DNA from: a virus
Taxonomy: Duplodnaviria > Caudoviricetes
Reading direction: 5' to 3' (one strand)
Virus record (IMG/VR): IMGVR_UViG_3300020045_012733
Span: 1-50,000 of that record
Length of the DNA stretch: 50,000 nt
A program made the position numbers and the translations under genes. Shown here one piece after another: positions 9,282 to 18,192 of this stretch (positions are counted from its first letter, which is position 1; every line of letters begins with the position of its first letter). Under the pieces are notes generated by a model. The model was not told where the DNA came from, did no database searches, and saw only the letters and a list, made by a program, of their open reading frames with translations.

Positions 9282-11492
9282 TTAAAATAGTGTTAATGTT
9301 GCGTTTTTTTCTGAAACAAAATCTTTATGATTTTTTGAATTTAAAGCGAAATAACTTTCTTTAAGTTCAATTGATATTGATTTTCTATTCATTTTAATTG
9401 CACAACAACCCTCCGAACCAATGCCTCCAAATGGACTTAAAACTGTTTCTCCCTCGTTTGAATATAAATGTAAAATTCTTTCTATTGTATCTAACTGAAG
9501 CGGTGCAATGTGTTTTTCATCATTTCCATCACGTCCAGAACGATACTGCAAAGTTCTTGAATAATCAATATCATACCAAACTGGCGAAGCGTATTTTTGC
9601 CATAAATCAACAGGTAAATAATCTAATTTACTACTATCAATATCTTGATGCGTTATTGGAGTTTCATTTTCTCCCTCGTTTCTAAAAAATAAAATATAAT
9701 CTGGAATACCAACCCTTGACATAATACTATCTTTTTTGATAGTTTTATGAAGTAAACCTAATGCTTTTGTTCGTTGCATTTCTGTAACAGGATTTTTCCA
9801 TATTGTAGTTCTTGAATGATAAATAAATCCATTTTCTTCAAACCAATCAATTAACATTCCGCTGAAATCTCTTAATCCAATATATCCCTCTTTACCTTTT
9901 TGAATTGGTAAATCCATGCAATGAATAGCGCACATTCTACCACTTTTTAAAACTCTTTTTAATTCTGGAATAAGGAATTTAAAATGTTGCTCAAATTGTT
10001 TGTAGTCGCTTACATTTCCCATATCTTCCTCTTTATCTGAATAAACATAAAGCTCCGCAAATGGTGGAGAAAAAACTACAATATCTGCACAATTATCTGG
10101 CAACTTTTTTGTTTCTTGAACGCAATCTCCATTTATTAAATGATATTTTTCTGTTTTAATTTCTTTGTTCATAATTTTTACTTTTGATTTTGCTGTTTTA
10201 TAATTTGTTTCTGCTGAATATAAAGCCATTTCTTTGATTCTTTCAAAGTGTTGTTTTTCTTTTTCTAAAATAGTTTGTCTTACATTTGTTTGGCTTTCTG
10301 GAATAAGAATATGAACTACTACTTTGTTTTTTTGACCGAATCTATAACAACGTCTAACCGCTTGATAAAATGCTTCAAATTTAAAATCGTAACTCATAAA
10401 AACCATTTGACTACATTGCTGATAATTCATACCAAATGATGCAATTGATGTTTTTGTAATTAGTGTTTTAAATTCTTTGTTTGCAAATCCATTTAGATAC
10501 TTTGCTTTATATTCTGGTTTATCAGAACCTTGAACGTTAATTGAATCTGGAAGTAATTTTGCTAATGTATCAGTTTCTTGATTTTTTAATCCCCAAACAA
10601 TCCATTGATTATCATTTGAATTAACAAGTTCTAATGTTTTTTTAATACGTAAATCAAAACTTCTATTCAAATCTTTGTGTAATTCTGTTGCTGAAACTGC
10701 TACATCTCCAAATAGTGATTGACTTGTATTTTCAACTGGTATAATGTGTTCAACATATTCTATTTCTGGTAAATTGTAACCATCTGAATTAAATCCTAAA
10801 GTTGCAGGATTATCAATAGCAATACTCCAACTTGATACATATTTCCAGAACGCATCCTTTGCGTGTTTTCTTAATCTCCATTTTGAAGTTTCTCCTCCAT
10901 CATGAACAAAGAACATTGCTAACATTTCTAAATAACTCATTCCTCCTAAAAATTCAGAATGCTGTCCTAATTCCATATGGTCGTTTGGCGATGGTGTAGC
11001 TGTGCAACATAATTTATAAGGAGTGTTTTTAAATAAATCTAAAATCATTGATGAAATTTTGCCATCACGCCCTTTTAAAATAGAGCTTTCATCTAAAACA
11101 ACTCCAGAATATTTAGAAATATCAATGTTTTTTAATTGATCATAATTATTAATTTGATTTTCATTATTATCAGTTGCAAACCAATCTATTTTAATTCCAA
11201 ATTTTTTTCCCTCTTTTATTGTTTGTTCACAAATAGCTAATGGAGCTAACAATAATACTGGTTTTTTTGTTTTTGCTTTCACTTGCTTTGACCATTCTAA
11301 TTGACAAAATGTCTTACCAAGACCACAATCAAAAAATAATGCGAATTTTCCTTTTTGCAATGCTACTTTTACTCCAAATTTCTGAAAGTCTTTTAACTCT
11401 TTATTTAGTTTGTTTTCTGAAATTTCAAATCCACTTTCTATAAATGTTTTTCTTTTTGTTTCTAAAAATGATTCATAATCTAAATTAGCCAT
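9282..11492 (-). CDS. SF2 (SNF2-like) helicase fused to an N4-C/N6-A DNA methyltransferase
   Basis: DCGLGKT, LDESS, TAT, QAVRRCYRFGQ; then GDC, VFSPPF and LSPFGGIGS (beta-class order). Confidence 0.9.
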   Translation of the reverse strand: MANLDYESFLETKRKTFIESGFEISENKLNKELKDFQKFGVKVALQKGKFALFFDCGLGKTFCQLEWSKQVKAKTKKPVLLLAPLAICEQTIKEGKKFGIKIDWFATDNNENQINNYDQLKNIDISKYSGVVLDESSILKGRDGKISSMILDLFKNTPYKLCCTATPSPNDHMELGQHSEFLGGMSYLEMLAMFFVHDGGETSKWRLRKHAKDAFWKYVSSWSIAIDNPATLGFNSDGYNLPEIEYVEHIIPVENTSQSLFGDVAVSATELHKDLNRSFDLRIKKTLELVNSNDNQWIVWGLKNQETDTLAKLLPDSINVQGSDKPEYKAKYLNGFANKEFKTLITKTSIASFGMNYQQCSQMVFMSYDFKFEAFYQAVRRCYRFGQKNKVVVHILIPESQTNVRQTILEKEKQHFERIKEMALYSAETNYKTAKSKVKIMNKEIKTEKYHLINGDCVQETKKLPDNCADIVVFSPPFAELYVYSDKEEDMGNVSDYKQFEQHFKFLIPELKRVLKSGRMCAIHCMDLPIQKGKEGYIGLRDFSGMLIDWFEENGFIYHSRTTIWKNPVTEMQRTKALGLLHKTIKKDSIMSRVGIPDYILFFRNEGENETPITHQDIDSSKLDYLPVDLWQKYASPVWYDIDYSRTLQYRSGRDGNDEKHIAPLQLDTIERILHLYSNEGETVLSPFGGIGSEGCCAIKMNRKSISIELKESYFALNSKNHKDFVSEKNATLTLF

Positions 11493-11506
11493 AATGTTTT
11501 TTTGTT

Positions 11507-12421
11507 TTATTGTATTTGTTTTAAAAATTCTCGAATGTCTTTTGTTTGTTCAATCAATAAATCGAAATACTTTTTAATGGTTAAATTGTTTTCAATTCTT
11601 TGAGCTTCTAATTTCAATCCATCAGTTAATACTTTTTTCTCGAAAGAATCAATCATTTTCTTTTTTTCGAGTTTAGATATGTGTTTTGAAATTAAAAGTC
11701 TATTGTATGCTTTATTTGCGTTTTCTTCTTTGAATGGTAGTTTTTGAATTAAATTATTTTCAATTAAAATATTCAAATGTACTTCAAGTTCAAAGTTTGG
11801 TTCTGTTTTATTTTTTTTGTATGCATCAAAAGTATGATAAATTTCTTGAATAATAATATTTGTGTTTTCTTTTTGCTTTTCAATTGGAATTTGAATTTCA
11901 GTTTTTGGAATTGCTAATCTTACTTTGCTCCAAACTTCCGAAGTTTTTTTAACGTAAGCATTTAAAACTCTTGTGTAAAATTCATAGCTAAACTCTTGAT
12001 AGTGGTTTTTGTCTGGATGGTTGTTTTTGTCTTTAGGTAAAAACTCATCAAGTTCTCCAACTGATAAAAGTTCAAACGCAAGTACTATTGAATTAAAACT
12101 TAAATTTGAATAGTAACGTGTTATTGCTTTCATAAATCTTGCACAAACGTACTTTTTATCGTTTTCATCCGCATACCATTTTTTAATTCCCAAATCTCTA
12201 CAAATCAAAGGTACAATTACTGAAATTTGATTGATAATAAAATCATCTTTTAAATCCTTAATTATTGGATTTGTTGAAGCAATAGTAACCAAACTATCAA
12301 TATTTGATAATTTACTTTTAACCTCTGGAACTTGTAACATTAATTGTCTGTTACGGATTAATTTATTTTCCGAAAGTTCAAATAATTGTAAACTTTTATT
12401 TGTAGTATTTTCTGGCACCAT
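11507..12421 (-). CDS. Hypothetical replication-region protein
   Basis: 304 aa; position next to the helicase gene. Confidence 0.6.
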   Translation of the reverse strand: MVPENTTNKSLQLFELSENKLIRNRQLMLQVPEVKSKLSNIDSLVTIASTNPIIKDLKDDFIINQISVIVPLICRDLGIKKWYADENDKKYVCARFMKAITRYYSNLSFNSIVLAFELLSVGELDEFLPKDKNNHPDKNHYQEFSYEFYTRVLNAYVKKTSEVWSKVRLAIPKTEIQIPIEKQKENTNIIIQEIYHTFDAYKKNKTEPNFELEVHLNILIENNLIQKLPFKEENANKAYNRLLISKHISKLEKKKMIDSFEKKVLTDGLKLEAQRIENNLTIKKYFDLLIEQTKDIREFLKQIQ

Positions 12422-12425
12422 AAAA

Positions 12426-12881
12426 TTACATATTTAGATAATCTAACATTGATTGAGTTGAAATAGTTTCTTTTGGTAAATTATCAATCATTTTTAATTT
12501 TTCTTTTTCTGCATCGGAACGCATGAAATTTCGAGCTGTGGCAATCCATCCTTTTGCAGTTCTTTTTTCGTTTGTTTTTGTCAAACTCCAATCTTTAACA
12601 GCATTAAAATAATATGAAATATCAACTCCCATTTGCTCAAATTGTAAAAATTCCTTCTCGAAAATTACCCAGTTTGAAACGTTTGATTTTTCAAAAGTAG
12701 TTTTTATTTCTGAACTTGTTTCAATGCTTCCAAATAAAGTGCCTTGAATTGGCTTCTTTTTCTTTGAATTACGATTATAAACTTGAATTGATACCTTTAC
12801 CATTGTTTGTAATTTTTTCAACTCATCAATCGTTAAATCAACTATTGAATCATTACTTAAATCTATTGTTACTTTTTTCAT
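12426..12881 (-). CDS. Hypothetical, replication-initiator C-terminal-like
   Basis: YYFNAVKDWS...GWIATARNFMRSD. Confidence 0.5.
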   Translation of the reverse strand: MKKVTIDLSNDSIVDLTIDELKKLQTMVKVSIQVYNRNSKKKKPIQGTLFGSIETSSEIKTTFEKSNVSNWVIFEKEFLQFEQMGVDISYYFNAVKDWSLTKTNEKRTAKGWIATARNFMRSDAEKEKLKMIDNLPKETISTQSMLDYLNM

Positions 12882-12884
12882 TTT

Positions 12885-13685
12885 TTAAATTGGTAAATTC
12901 ATTTTTTGCAATATTGCTGTCGATACGTGAGTATAAATTTCTGTTGTTTTGCTACTTGAATGTCCTAAATGCTTTTGAATAATTCTTAAATCTGTACCTG
13001 CTTCAAGTAATGCAGTTGCGTTTGAATGTCGTAATAAATGTATATGATATTCTTTACCAATATATTTTTTAACTATTTCATTACAACTCTTATGAGAATA
13101 TTGAAGTGCATTATTTTGACCATTAAAAACATATTCTTTAGGTCTATACTCTCTATGATAATCACGTAATAATTCAAGTACTTTCTCACTTAATGGAACT
13201 ATTCTATCTTTTCTTCCTTTAGATTGTCTAATTGTAATAATCATACGCTTACTATCAATATCGGATTGCTTTAAATTACAAACCTCACTTACTCTCATTC
13301 CTGTACTATAAACTAAAGTCAATAATGCTTTGTGCTTTTTATTCTCAATCTTTTCAAGTTGACTTAATAAAAATTCCTTTTCAATTATTTTAGGTAGTTT
13401 CTTTTCTGCTCTTGGACGTTCTATTTTATTTAAATGAATGTCTTTTTTATCTAAAATATATTTTGCAAATAATTTTAAACAACCAATAAATTGATTTTGT
13501 TGTGAAACAGATGTAAACTTTTTATGTTCTAAATAATCAATAATTGATTTTGTTGTAATTGAATACGGATCTTTACAATTTGTTTCTTTAAAATATTGAT
13601 AAAGCGTTTGTTTGTAAACTTTAATTGTATTTATTGAGTAATTTTTATATCTCAATTTATTTTCAAAAATTTCAAGAATCTTCAT
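12885..13685 (-). CDS. Tyrosine recombinase (integron-integrase-like, lacking the IntI-specific insertion)
   Basis: N-terminal SAM-like domain (YSINTIKVY), YSTGMRVSE, SKGRKDR, HLLRHSNAT, LGHSSSKTTEIY; adjacent to the cassette array. Confidence 0.92.
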   Translation of the reverse strand: MKILEIFENKLRYKNYSINTIKVYKQTLYQYFKETNCKDPYSITTKSIIDYLEHKKFTSVSQQNQFIGCLKLFAKYILDKKDIHLNKIERPRAEKKLPKIIEKEFLLSQLEKIENKKHKALLTLVYSTGMRVSEVCNLKQSDIDSKRMIITIRQSKGRKDRIVPLSEKVLELLRDYHREYRPKEYVFNGQNNALQYSHKSCNEIVKKYIGKEYHIHLLRHSNATALLEAGTDLRIIQKHLGHSSSKTTEIYTHVSTAILQKMNLPI

Positions 13686-13699
13686 GGCTTATATGTTTA

Positions 13700-13750
13700 T
13701 TTTATTAGTGTTAAGGTAGTGTGTTGGATATATAATAGTTATGTGTAATG
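13700..13750 (+). other. attI-like site, crossover G|TTATGTG at 13738
   Basis: First GTTA core, with no hairpin to its left, 53 bp from the integrase start; pairs with tacacataac at 14171-14180. Confidence 0.7.
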
Positions 13751-14143
13751 TTACAATTCCGTTTTTACAGAAACTTTTAAAACACACCACTTGTCATTTT
13801 TTTCTGAAAATTCATCAAATAAATCGTGCCCACCAATTCTTAAATAAGTATTATAGTCCGTTCCGTAAGTATAAGATGAATAATTGTAACTACTTGTTTC
13901 GTATTCTGCTGTAATTTCTCCAAACAATTTACCAAGCCATTTTTCAAGTATTTCTTCTTCTGTCTTTTTTTTATCAGATAAAAAATAACTAACTGAAACT
14001 TCACTTTCAAATAAGTCAAAAATCGCTCTAAACTTTTTCACAAGGTCAACGGTTTTACTTTCATCAATAAGTTTGATGGTTTTAAAATCTTCGCTCCAAT
14101 CAATTTTTATGAAGCCACTAAATGTAAATTCTTTTATTTCCAT
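13751..14143 (-). CDS. Cassette 1 hypothetical protein (likely start MEIKEF)
   Basis: ORF filling the 562-bp cassette. Confidence 0.8.
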   Translation of the reverse strand: MEIKEFTFSGFIKIDWSEDFKTIKLIDESKTVDLVKKFRAIFDLFESEVSVSYFLSDKKKTEEEILEKWLGKLFGEITAEYETSSYNYSSYTYGTDYNTYLRIGGHDLFDEFSEKNDKWCVLKVSVKTEL

Positions 14144-14176
14144 AAGGAATTTTGTTTTAAAAATCCACACTACACA

Positions 14177-14303
14177 TAACAGTAGTTTGTAGCAATGGCT
14201 TTATTAGTGTTTAATTTAATGTTTTGGCTTCTCTGTTATTATAGTTTTTAAACCGAAACTACTCGCTTACTTGCACGCCACTGCAACAAGCTACAAAACG
14301 TTA
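14177..14303 (+). repeat. attC-like site 1 (127 bp)
   Basis: TAACAGTAGTTTGTAGCAATGGC...GCCACTGCAACAAGCTACAAAACGTTA. Confidence 0.88.
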
Positions 14304-14312
14304 TAACCAATA

Positions 14313-14546
14313 CTACGGGATTAGAGTGGCTCTCCAACTTTGTGCTAACTTCTTATTTATTTCTTCTTTTGAAGTGTATAAATCGCAAGTATTGGTAATT
14401 ACTTTTTCATAATCTCGCTTTACACCATTATTAGCGTGGACTATTTTTTTGCCGTTTTCTTCTATAATATTAAAAACGTGTGTTTCTGCTCCCCATCCTA
14501 ATCCTTGATAGTATAGCACATCTCCTTTTTTTAAATCTTGTGTCAT
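14313..14546 (-). CDS. Cassette 2 hypothetical protein
   Basis: 77-aa ORF in the 385-bp cassette. Confidence 0.8.
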   Translation of the reverse strand: MTQDLKKGDVLYYQGLGWGAETHVFNIIEENGKKIVHANNGVKRDYEKVITNTCDLYTSKEEINKKLAQSWRATLIP

Positions 14547-14561
14547 AATAAGTACTGGTTA

Positions 14562-14688
14562 TAACAGTGGTTTTGCTCAATGGCTGTTTCAGGCAAAATT
14601 TCAGCACTGTTTTGTGTTTGTAAAATTTGTTTTTAATTCAATAATTTAGGCTTGCTTTTCAGCCACTAAGCAAAGCCACGGGACGTTA
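14562..14688 (+). repeat. attC-like site 2 (127 bp)
   Basis: TAACAGTGGTTTTGCTCAATGGCTG...CAGCCACTAAGCAAAGCCACGGGACGTTA. Confidence 0.88.
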
Positions 14689-14692
14689 ACCG

Positions 14693-14866
14693 CTATTTAA
14701 ACGGAACTCGGTGTATAACGAAATCCTTATACAAAATCGGAAACTTACACATCTTTAGTGAGTGATAAGGAAATTCTAAATCCTTACATAATTTTTTAAA
14801 ATTACCTCGCACAATTGGCGTGAGTGTGCAAGGTTGTATAGCAACTATTATATTTTTTCTTTGCAT
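14693..14866 (-). CDS. Cassette 3 ORF B, 57 aa (MQRKNIIVAI...HRVPFK)
   Basis: Hand-translated; below the ORF-track cutoff; starts 1 nt after the ORF A stop. Confidence 0.7.
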   Translation of the reverse strand: MQRKNIIVAIQPCTLTPIVRGNFKKLCKDLEFPYHSLKMCKFPILYKDFVIHRVPFK

Positions 14867-14867
14867 A

Positions 14868-15029
14868 TTAACTTATTATTTTAAATCCCCATCTTTTACA
14901 CATACATTTTACAACGTATTTTCTTTTATCTCCATCAATTTCTTCTCCTGTTTTAGCGTCAATAATCCAATAGAAACCACCCTCCCATAATTCAATTTTA
15001 ACTTCTCTTTTTGTTGTGTTTGCTTTCAT
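14868..15029 (-). CDS. Cassette 3 ORF A, 53 aa (MKANTTKREV...GFKIIS)
   Basis: Hand-translated; preceded by its own promoter. Confidence 0.7.
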   Translation of the reverse strand: MKANTTKREVKIELWEGGFYWIIDAKTGEEIDGDKRKYVVKCMCKRWGFKIIS

Positions 15030-15056
15030 AATTTCTATTTGTTTATTATTATGATG

Positions 15057-15087
15057 TAAATATACGACTTATTTTTATATACACAAA
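15057..15087 (-). promoter_or_regulatory. Cassette-internal Bacteroidota-type promoter
   Basis: TTTG-N19-TATATTTA, followed by CATCATA as in the duplicated phage promoter. Confidence 0.6.
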
Positions 15088-15140
15088 CTTTTTTGTAATT
15101 ATTTTTAAAATATTTATAATTCAGTAAAATAAACAGCGGT

Positions 15141-15214
15141 TAACAAGTGTTTTGCTCAATTGTGCCGAAAGTAGTTTGCGGTTAGGCACAACTGAAGCAA
15201 AGCACCATACGTTA
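15141..15214 (+). repeat. attC-like site 3 (short, 74 bp)
   Basis: TAACAAGTGTTTTGCTCAATTGTGCC...GGCACAACTGAAGCAAAGCACCATACGTTA. Confidence 0.85.
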
Positions 15215-15235
15215 TAGCCAATGCGGGAAGAAGTG

Positions 15236-15604
15236 CTAATCAGGCACCTCTTCGTTCAAATTATGACATTGTTCGCTTTGTAACAATTCTGCACTACTAT
15301 AATCAATGTATATTTTAGTATGAGGATTGTGATTTTTAAAAAGGTATCTAATTGCAGGCTCTACAGCTTTATCAAAGTCGCTTATATCTTGTTCAAAAGG
15401 ATTTTGAATACCTAATTGATTTGGCTGATTTTCTGGGTCAAATATTGTTTGGATTAGAGTTGTTATTTCCTCAGCAATAGAGGATATATCTTCTCCTTCT
15501 ATCGCTTGAAAAGAATCTCCTAACTCTCCACAAGAACCCCTGCCGTAACACGTTATAGTGTTATTGTTTAATAATTCGATAATTTGTTTTTTAATCTGTT
15601 CCAT
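15236..15604 (-). CDS. Cassette 4 hypothetical protein
   Basis: 122-aa ORF. Confidence 0.8.
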   Translation of the reverse strand: MEQIKKQIIELLNNNTITCYGRGSCGELGDSFQAIEGEDISSIAEEITTLIQTIFDPENQPNQLGIQNPFEQDISDFDKAVEPAIRYLFKNHNPHTKIYIDYSSAELLQSEQCHNLNEEVPD

Positions 15605-15654
15605 TTTTTATGTTTATTTAAAGTTAATATTTGTAGTTAAAAAGGCACTGGCTA

Positions 15655-15774
15655 TAACAGGTGTTTGGCAAAAAAGCCCTTCAGTATTTCTATTTGACAT
15701 TTGTACTAATTTTTAAGTTTTGTAATTCTATTGAACATTTGGTTAGGGCTTCTTCGCCAAGCACCCGACCGTTA
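15655..15774 (+). repeat. attC-like site 4 (120 bp)
   Basis: TAACAGGTGTTTGGCAAAAAAGCCCT...AGGGCTTCTTCGCCAAGCACCCGACCGTTA. Confidence 0.88.
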
Positions 15775-16050
15775 TAAGCAAGATTGCACAACTTCACGTC
15801 CAAATTTACCCGCTTGAATTATCAAACTTTTATCTGTGAATTGTTTTTTCTTATCACTTATAGTTCTTCCGAAATATCTTCCTTTAAAAATAAACTCAAA
15901 AGTTGTTATTCTTGGTTCGTCATAAAAAGTAACTACACCTTCTTTGAATACATACTTTCCTTTTCTATGTTCATATTCAGTTCCTTTTTTTATTACATCA
16001 CAATTACCATAAGGTTTTCCAATTGCAAAATCTGAATCAAATTTTTTCAT
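15772..16050 (-). CDS. Cassette 5 hypothetical protein
   Basis: 92 aa; its stop codon is the TTA of the GTTA core. Confidence 0.8.
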   Translation of the reverse strand: MKKFDSDFAIGKPYGNCDVIKKGTEYEHRKGKYVFKEGVVTFYDEPRITTFEFIFKGRYFGRTISDKKKQFTDKSLIIQAGKFGREVVQSCL

Positions 16051-16065
16051 AATAAATCCTGCTTA

Positions 16066-16187
16066 TAACAGTTGTTTGGCACTATTGCCGTTTAGTTTTT
16101 CAGCGGAAAATACTCTGCTGATATTAATTTTAGTTTTCATAAGTTCGTTCACGTTATCGGCAACAGATGCCAAGCAACATACCGTTA
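16066..16187 (+). repeat. attC-like site 5 (122 bp)
   Basis: TAACAGTTGTTTGGCACTATTGCCG...CGGCAACAGATGCCAAGCAACATACCGTTA. Confidence 0.88.
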
Positions 16188-16196
16188 TGGTAAATG

Positions 16197-16712
16197 CTAA
16201 AAAGACGTTTCCGATAAAAGTTTATCTAAATTATCTAAAGCTTTTTTGTATTTCTCTTTGGCTTTATTTAAAGCTTCAATCTTAAATTCTTTTTTTCTTT
16301 TATTAGATATTTCTAATAATTCGTTATAAAAATCAGGTTCTGATTCCCACAACTTTAATATATGTTTTATTTTTTCATCAGTAAAGCTTTCTTCTTTTTC
16401 ATTATTAAACCAATCTAAAGCACATTCTTTTTTTGTTAAATAAAAACTGCTTAGTGGTCTATGAAGTTGTGAGTGTCCTTTTGTAAAATGAGATAAACAA
16501 TTTCCAAATGAAACTTTTGCATCTACATTTCCACTTTTCTCCATTAACTCTAAACTAAAATGAATAGCTTGCAGTTGATTTTTAATATCTCCTTCATCAT
16601 AAAAAGGTGTTACGGCAAAAGTTTCGTCACTATACAAATCGCTTTCAATTACTAAAATTATTTTTCTACCTCTTTTTTCAGCTCTTGTTACTTTTACATT
16701 TATTGGTTTCAT
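16197..16712 (-). CDS. Cassette 6 hypothetical protein (likely start MKPINV)
   Basis: ORF filling the 679-bp cassette. Confidence 0.8.
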   Translation of the reverse strand: MKPINVKVTRAEKRGRKIILVIESDLYSDETFAVTPFYDEGDIKNQLQAIHFSLELMEKSGNVDAKVSFGNCLSHFTKGHSQLHRPLSSFYLTKKECALDWFNNEKEESFTDEKIKHILKLWESEPDFYNELLEISNKRKKEFKIEALNKAKEKYKKALDNLDKLLSETSF

Positions 16713-16739
16713 ATTTTTTTGTTTTAAAAGCACTTACCA

Positions 16740-16866
16740 TAACACTGCATTGTAGCAATTGTGGTTTTAGGCTTAATTAATAATTTATTTTGTACTTGTT
16801 TTGGTTAGTTTTTAATATAAACATTGTGTCAGTCAAACCACAACTGACTACAATGCTTTAACGTTA
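16740..16866 (+). repeat. attC-like site 6 (127 bp)
   Basis: TAACACTGCATTGTAGCAATTGTGGTTT...AAACCACAACTGACTACAATGCTTTAACGTTA. Confidence 0.88.
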
Positions 16867-16875
16867 GCAGTAACC

Positions 16876-17307
16876 TTACGCAGACACACCAAGTTTTTGT
16901 AGTTTAGAAATTAACATTTTTCTTTTCTCTTGTTTTTCACAAAGAAGAATGCCTAATATTTGAAGTGTTGCATTTTCAGACAATGAATTATTTAAAGTAT
17001 GTTCATTATCATTTTTCTTTTTCGTTTCTGAACACCCAAAAGAAAACAATGGCATTGATAACGAGTGTAGCATTCTTTTATGAATATCCTCATAATTATT
17101 TCTAACAATGCTGCCATCTTCATCAAAAGAATTTTTTTGAGAATCCTCATTTTTTTTGCCAATATCTTCAATTTTTAATTCAAATGTTGACTTTATTTCA
17201 CCATTGGCAACTAACATAGCTATTCTATCAATATCTATAATTTCTTTGTCAAGTGCTTGAATATCCTTGTAGATAATTGTTGCTTTTTCTAATTGTTTAA
17301 ATTCCAT
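16876..17307 (-). CDS. Cassette 7 hypothetical protein
   Basis: 143-aa ORF. Confidence 0.8.
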   Translation of the reverse strand: MEFKQLEKATIIYKDIQALDKEIIDIDRIAMLVANGEIKSTFELKIEDIGKKNEDSQKNSFDEDGSIVRNNYEDIHKRMLHSLSMPLFSFGCSETKKKNDNEHTLNNSLSENATLQILGILLCEKQEKRKMLISKLQKLGVSA

Positions 17308-17349
17308 TTTTAATATTTATTTTGTACGACTGACCAAAAAGGCTACTGC

Positions 17350-17475
17350 TAACATCGGTTTTGCAATAGTTGGGCAGACGTGGTTAATTGAACTTTTTTA
17401 CTTCTATTTAGCTTTGTGCAAGGGTTGAACATTTCGTTTCCAAATTCCCAACCATCGCAAAGCCGTTTTCCGTTA
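17350..17475 (+). repeat. attC-like site 7 (126 bp)
   Basis: TAACATCGGTTTTGCAATAGTTGGG...CCCAACCATCGCAAAGCCGTTTTCCGTTA. Confidence 0.88.
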
Positions 17476-17484
17476 GACGATAGC

Positions 17485-17709
17485 TTACTCGGGAATCTTA
17501 AGCCACTTCACAATTTCTCTATCAATAGAATAATCTTCGTTATCGTACCATTCTTTAAAATGACTTCCATCCATAGTTCCTTCATAAAGTCGAGCGACCA
17601 TTTTTCTGCCAATATCATCAACAACTAATACTTCATCGCTTCTTTTTCCATCCCAAACGCCAGTTTCATAAGTTATTGGCGTTGCATTTTCGGTGTAATT
17701 CCATTCCAT
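17485..17709 (-). CDS. Cassette 8 protein (DUF551-like)
   Basis: MEW...SDEVLV...VARL...W...IVKWLKIPE. Confidence 0.75.
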   Translation of the reverse strand: MEWNYTENATPITYETGVWDGKRSDEVLVVDDIGRKMVARLYEGTMDGSHFKEWYDNEDYSIDREIVKWLKIPE

Positions 17710-17737
17710 AATTTTTTACTTTTTAAAAGCCATCGTC

Positions 17738-17868
17738 TAACAAGTGTTTTCTGCTATGGCTTGGTTATGGTTTTTCCTTCGGAAAAACCGCTGTTGACTT
17801 TAATCTTGTTTTTGTGTTTTGGTGGCTTGGTGCTTATTTCCGCCACAGACAGAAAGCACCAAACGTTA
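17738..17868 (+). repeat. attC-like site 8 (131 bp)
   Basis: TAACAAGTGTTTTCTGCTATGGC...GCCACAGACAGAAAGCACCAAACGTTA. Confidence 0.88.
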
Positions 17869-17877
17869 TGTGCAAGG

Positions 17878-18150
17878 CTAACTGACCGCTTCGTAAGTAG
17901 CTTCAAATATTGACTTTTCGACAAGCCACCTTTCGCCATTAATGCCAACACAAACGTAATGCTTGCCAAATTCGCCTCTATGTTTTTGATTTTCCAAAGT
18001 AGCTATATATGGTACTAAATCAGGTTGTATTCCATATTTAGCATCTTCCATAGCTCCAAGCATACCGTCACGGTAAACAAAACCATCTTCATCACCTTTT
18101 TCAAATAATTTAGCCTTTACTGTGGCTGTCTTTCTGTACTCTTTAAACAT
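17878..18150 (-). CDS. Cassette 9 protein (widespread phage YRK..V.A...NGE.W...IFE.TYE family)
   Basis: EYRKTATVKA...GINGERWLVEKSIFEATYE. Confidence 0.7.
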   Translation of the reverse strand: MFKEYRKTATVKAKLFEKGDEDGFVYRDGMLGAMEDAKYGIQPDLVPYIATLENQKHRGEFGKHYVCVGINGERWLVEKSIFEATYEAVS

Positions 18151-18192
18151 CGTTTTCAAATTAAATTTAGTGCTGATAAACCGCCCAGCACA

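Noticed and set aside
12885-13685. Ordinary prophage integrase marking an att boundary
   Set aside because: Lies mid-operon with phage genes on both sides, is short with no arm-binding domain, and abuts the array; a dual role cannot be fully excluded
16076-17969. ORFs 16076-16285 (+), 17416-17628 (+) and 17754-17969 (-)
   Set aside because: They run through attC-like hairpins and overlap better-supported cassette genes
17878-18150. Assigning cassette 9 to a named anti-defence sponge family
   Set aside because: The resemblance is too loose to support without a profile or structure search
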